Of a stretch of 64,000 nt of DNA, positions 59,831 to 64,000 are shown one piece after another. Position 1 is the stretch's first letter. The number at the start of each line of letters is the position of its first letter. The stretch is taken from positions 276,345-340,344 of IMG/VR virus record IMGVR_UViG_3300050120_000152. The stretch is one strand, 5' to 3'. The notes under the pieces are model-generated. The model worked only from the letters and a program-made list of their open reading frames with translations, made no database searches and had not been told where the DNA came from. Both the position numbers and the translations under genes were made by a program.

Positions 59831-60740
59831 TGTATTAGAGCTAGTTAAACAATTATCTCAGAAAGATACCAAGACCCTTTCTCAAAAGGCTTTAAAATTA
59901 GCGAGTGAATGTGGGGAATTAGCTTCGAAAGCATTAGCCTATGACAACCTTGATGGTGATCGTCATCGTTTCATATCGAAGGAAGCTATTCTCGATGAAG
60001 TGGCCGACACTATGCTTGTCGCATTATCGATTGCATATTCATTAGGATATACAGATAGTGATATCTCATCCATGATGAAGGATAAGGCTATCCATTGGTC
60101 ACATCTCAAGGAACAGGACATTTCTGATGGTAATTATCCTTTTGAAATTCATTTTACAGTATTGGCAAAACATTTGGGAGGCTTTATAAAAAATTGTGAA
60201 AAGTGGGGTGATATGAAACCAATTGTTCTTGATTTATATAATCAAGATAGTGGAATAGGTACGCAAGTTACAACATCTACTGTTATATTCGGTACTCTTG
60301 TACAAGCTATATCTAAAATGAATTTTCTTTCAATGAAATTGCGTAATAATGGCTACGAGGTTATTAGAGAAAAAATTGAGACAGTTCCATGGCATCCAGC
60401 TATTGGAAGCATGAATGGAAAATATTTTGAATCGCATATTCCAATATTTTTGGAAAGTAAGGACGTACTTGAAAACTTAAGAAATACGAACATTAACGAT
60501 TTACATATTTCTAAGAATGTATTAAAGCCAGATTTGGATGGTATTAGTAAAATATTTGCTACCATTCGATCAGAAAAGGGTAGTTCTTTAATCAAGCATC
60601 AATTAGTCTTAAACATGAAACTGGCATCATTAGAACTATATGGATTTAAGATGGGTAAAACCATCACTGAATATGCTATTCTAGATTCTAATGAAGAGTT
60701 AGATGCTAGATGGTTAGGTAAAACTATAAATATCATATAA
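59820..60740 (+). CDS. MazG-like domain fused to a His-containing unknown domain
   Basis: KLASECGELA..DEVADTMLVAL, then FEIHFTV..REKIE..YFESH. Confidence 0.7.
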   Translation: MQNDVLELVKQLSQKDTKTLSQKALKLASECGELASKALAYDNLDGDRHRFISKEAILDEVADTMLVALSIAYSLGYTDSDISSMMKDKAIHWSHLKEQDISDGNYPFEIHFTVLAKHLGGFIKNCEKWGDMKPIVLDLYNQDSGIGTQVTTSTVIFGTLVQAISKMNFLSMKLRNNGYEVIREKIETVPWHPAIGSMNGKYFESHIPIFLESKDVLENLRNTNINDLHISKNVLKPDLDGISKIFATIRSEKGSSLIKHQLVLNMKLASLELYGFKMGKTITEYAILDSNEELDARWLGKTINII

Positions 60741-60754
60741 TAAATGATATTAGT

Positions 60755-61132
60755 ATGTTTGATTTAATACAACAATTGAATGAACAATTAGCTGAAGCAT
60801 TAGAGCGTCGAGTTCCTATTGTTAAAGTTACTAGCACGGATGCGCCTACTACAATGGTAATTAAACCAATGACTACTGTAATTGATGTTCAGCACTTGAC
60901 AGATAAGGATGTTGTAGGGCAGAGTATACGTCTGATTAAACAAATTTTGTCACAATATAAAACATCATTTAATTTTAATTTTGAAACTAATGAATCTGGA
61001 TTATTTAATAATTTGATTTTGTCAGCTGAATCAGATGGTAATCCAACAAAATATTTACAATTTGATTTTAATGAACTTACTTCTGATGATATTGCAGGAA
61101 TAAAGAAGCGAATTGGTTCGATTGGGACTTGA
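60755..61132 (+). CDS. Hypothetical protein
   Basis: 125-aa ORF. Confidence 0.55.
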   Translation: MFDLIQQLNEQLAEALERRVPIVKVTSTDAPTTMVIKPMTTVIDVQHLTDKDVVGQSIRLIKQILSQYKTSFNFNFETNESGLFNNLILSAESDGNPTKYLQFDFNELTSDDIAGIKKRIGSIGT

Positions 61133-61170
61133 CAAAAAATATTTGTTTGATAATATAAATAGAATCATAC

Positions 61171-61253
61171 GCTAGGTTGGCTGAGCGGTCGAAAGCACCT
61201 GTTTTGTAATCAGGTATACAACATCGTAGGTTCGAATCCTATGCCTAGCACCA
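61171..61253 (+). tRNA. tRNA-Thr(TGT), enlarged variable loop
   Basis: GCTAGGT/GCCTAGC, loop TTTGTAA, 11-nt variable region, ACCA. Confidence 0.85.
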
Positions 61254-61314
61254 CATTGGTTCAGTTCATAAACACAGCACCATTTATTGTATAAATAAAA
61301 TGAATGGTGCTTAT

Positions 61315-62031
61315 ATGAATATTGAAGATAAAAAGAAAAAGATTGTAAATGAAATAAATGATTTTATAAAAGTGTACCAAAGGTATCCTTCTAAAAATGA
61401 ATATAATAATAGAGATGATTTACCCCACCAAAATACAGTATTAAGAATTATTGGAACTCATTCTGAATACCAATCAAAGGGTATTATTAACCCTAGCCCC
61501 AACCCTATACCTAAACCATCTCACTATTGCATAGCATGTGGAATAGAATTATTAAATAATAGTAATAAATTTTGTAATCGTTCATGTGCGGCATCATTCA
61601 ATAATAAAAAGCGTGACATGGCTTGTAATACTAGGGGTACATGTAAACAATGTTTTGCTACCTTAAGAAATCGTGCTGGTAAATGGTATTGTAGTAAATC
61701 ATGTCATCATGAATATAGATTCTTAGAATTAATAGATAATTGGATAATAGATGGTAATACCACTGGTGATCCTATCACATTAAAAAAGATGATAACCAGA
61801 TTACATGGATATAGCTGTGCTAACGCTACCTGCCAATTATCGGATTGGGATGGTAAATCTATTGTTTTACAATTGGAGCATAAAGATGGTAACAGTGAAA
61901 ATAATAGTGTAACAAATTTATGTTTATTATGTCCTAATTGTCATAGTCAAACATCAACATTTACAGGTAAAAATAGAGGTAATGGTAGACACGTTCGTCG
62001 TCAACGTTATAAAGATGGCAAAAGTTACTAA
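61315..62031 (+). CDS. HNH homing endonuclease with Cys-rich N-terminal modules
   Basis: LQLEHKDGNSENNSVTNLCLLCPNCHSQT. Start probably 61315 (GGTG RBS, TATAAATA at 61290). Confidence 0.88.
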   Translation: MNIEDKKKKIVNEINDFIKVYQRYPSKNEYNNRDDLPHQNTVLRIIGTHSEYQSKGIINPSPNPIPKPSHYCIACGIELLNNSNKFCNRSCAASFNNKKRDMACNTRGTCKQCFATLRNRAGKWYCSKSCHHEYRFLELIDNWIIDGNTTGDPITLKKMITRLHGYSCANATCQLSDWDGKSIVLQLEHKDGNSENNSVTNLCLLCPNCHSQTSTFTGKNRGNGRHVRRQRYKDGKSY

Positions 62032-62041
62032 ATAAAATTAT

Positions 62042-62124
62042 GCTGGATTGGCTGAAGGGTTGAAAGCGCCTGTTTCGTATACAGGAATACCACATTGCAG
62101 GTTCGAATCCTGTGTCCAGCACCA
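62042..62124 (+). tRNA. tRNA-Thr(CGT), enlarged variable loop
   Basis: GCTGGAT/GTCCAGC, CCTGT-TTCGTAT-ACAGG, 11-nt variable region, ACCA. Confidence 0.85.
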
Positions 62125-62130
62125 TCATAT

Positions 62131-62232
62131 ATCAGCTTAACTTAAAGAAGTATTAGGTAAAGCGTACATCCCGATAGTTAGTACCCGCTTAAACCTAATG
62201 GTACAAAGCTAACTATAAGCAGTTAGGCTGAT
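62131..62232 (+). ncRNA. Unassigned pseudoknotted RNA candidate
   Basis: 12-bp closing stem, nested stems and a 9-bp loop-to-3' pairing. Confidence 0.6.
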
Positions 62233-62291
62233 TATTCATTTGACATTCAGATTATAATCTGATATCTTGTCTCTATAACAGAGGAAAAATT

Positions 62292-63023
62292 ATGACAAAA
62301 CCTAAAGACAAAAAAGTATTCAATTTAGAATTACCTGATAATTTATCAAAAGATCAATTGAATGACTTGCTTTCCGAAGTGAAAGCCAAAATAAAAGAAA
62401 AAAGTTTATCAAGCACTGACATTCATATCACTTGTATATTAGATATTTCTGGATCAATGAGTTCTATCAGAGACGATTCCATAGGTGGCTTCAATACCTT
62501 CATTCAGGAACAGAAAGAATCAAAAGATGGTGACGCATTTTTAACTGTTCATTTATTTGATGATAAATTTGAAACTTTATATGAAAATGTTCCTATTGCA
62601 AATGTTAAACCATTAACCAGAGATGATTTTGTTCCTCGTGGTAGTACAGCATTAACAGATGCATTGGGCAAGACATTAATGCAGTTATTAAAGACCGATA
62701 ATAAAAATAATATTATTGTTATTCTTACTGATGGTGGCGAAAATTCTTCAAAAACTTTTACTACACATGATGTTAAGAAATTAACCATGCGATGCGAAGA
62801 AAAGAATTGGCAGTTTGTCTATTTGGGTGCAAATCAAGATTCATTTGGTGTTACACAGCATTATGGTATGTTAGGCGCACATACAGCAAATTATGTTGCA
62901 GATAGTGCGGGTACTAGAACAGCGTATGCATCAGCTTCAAATTATACAAAAATGACACGATCCAAGATGGCAGCAACGGATACTTCAGCAGGAATGTCAG
63001 ACAAAACAGCGAAAGCGTCGTAA
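62292..63023 (+). CDS. vWA domain protein
   Basis: ILDISGSM, PRGSTALTDA, ILTDGGENSS and YLGAN motifs. Confidence 0.88.
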   Translation: MTKPKDKKVFNLELPDNLSKDQLNDLLSEVKAKIKEKSLSSTDIHITCILDISGSMSSIRDDSIGGFNTFIQEQKESKDGDAFLTVHLFDDKFETLYENVPIANVKPLTRDDFVPRGSTALTDALGKTLMQLLKTDNKNNIIVILTDGGENSSKTFTTHDVKKLTMRCEEKNWQFVYLGANQDSFGVTQHYGMLGAHTANYVADSAGTRTAYASASNYTKMTRSKMAATDTSAGMSDKTAKAS

Positions 63024-63071
63024 ATCAAAAATCCCCTCAAAACTGAGGGGATTTTCTTATGGAGGTATATA

Positions 63072-63316
63072 ATGGGTTATCATAAAGCAAAAATTAAGAA
63101 AGGAATGTTAGGTGAATTATCTAAAATACAAGAAGAATTGGATGAAGTCAAAGATGCTATGGATCAAAACGCATTCATTATGGCTTTGGTTGAGTTATCT
63201 GATTTGTATGGTGCTGTGGAGTGTTATTTGAAGCGTAATTTTAGAGGAATGACAATGGGTGATCTTAAAATCATGTCAGACTTAACCAAATCAGCCTTTT
63301 TAGATGGAGAGCGATA

Positions 63317-63317
<1 letters not shown>
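63072..63317 (+). CDS. Small MazG-like protein
   Basis: SKIQEELDEVKDA..VELSDLYGA. Confidence 0.65.

Positions 63318-64000
<683 letters not shown>

Overview
AT-rich segment of a T4-superfamily jumbo myovirus genome, standard genetic code. 1-18.3 kb: baseplate and tail genes, including a >2,550-aa virion protein missing from the ORF track, gp6-, gp25-, gp5- and gp53-like genes, a hub protein with an inserted lysozyme, and gp26 with a likely -1 frameshift. 18.3-26.9 kb: RuvC-like resolvase, DinG-like helicase, gp47/gp46 and late sigma gp55. 27-33.7 kb: tape-measure-like protein, portal and prohead protease. 34-64 kb: accessory region with nucleotide and tRNA housekeeping enzymes (Orn, Pth2, MazG-like, SLOG, NDT-like), 18 tRNA genes plus 2 anticodon-defective tRNA-like genes, a ter-type operon, a WGR-PARP, an ACP-like/CoaB-like/class II aaRS-like neighbourhood and several structured ncRNA candidates. 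Six putative homing endonuclease genes are scattered through the window. The most striking unannotated signal is a complete ribosome-dependent attenuator in front of the tRNA array. Its 29-codon leader peptide begins with codons read almost exclusively by the tRNAs encoded directly downstream, and an antiterminator competes with an intrinsic terminator. This suggests the phage senses loss of host tRNA or translation and switches on replacement tRNAs. All calls are by eye, without database searches.
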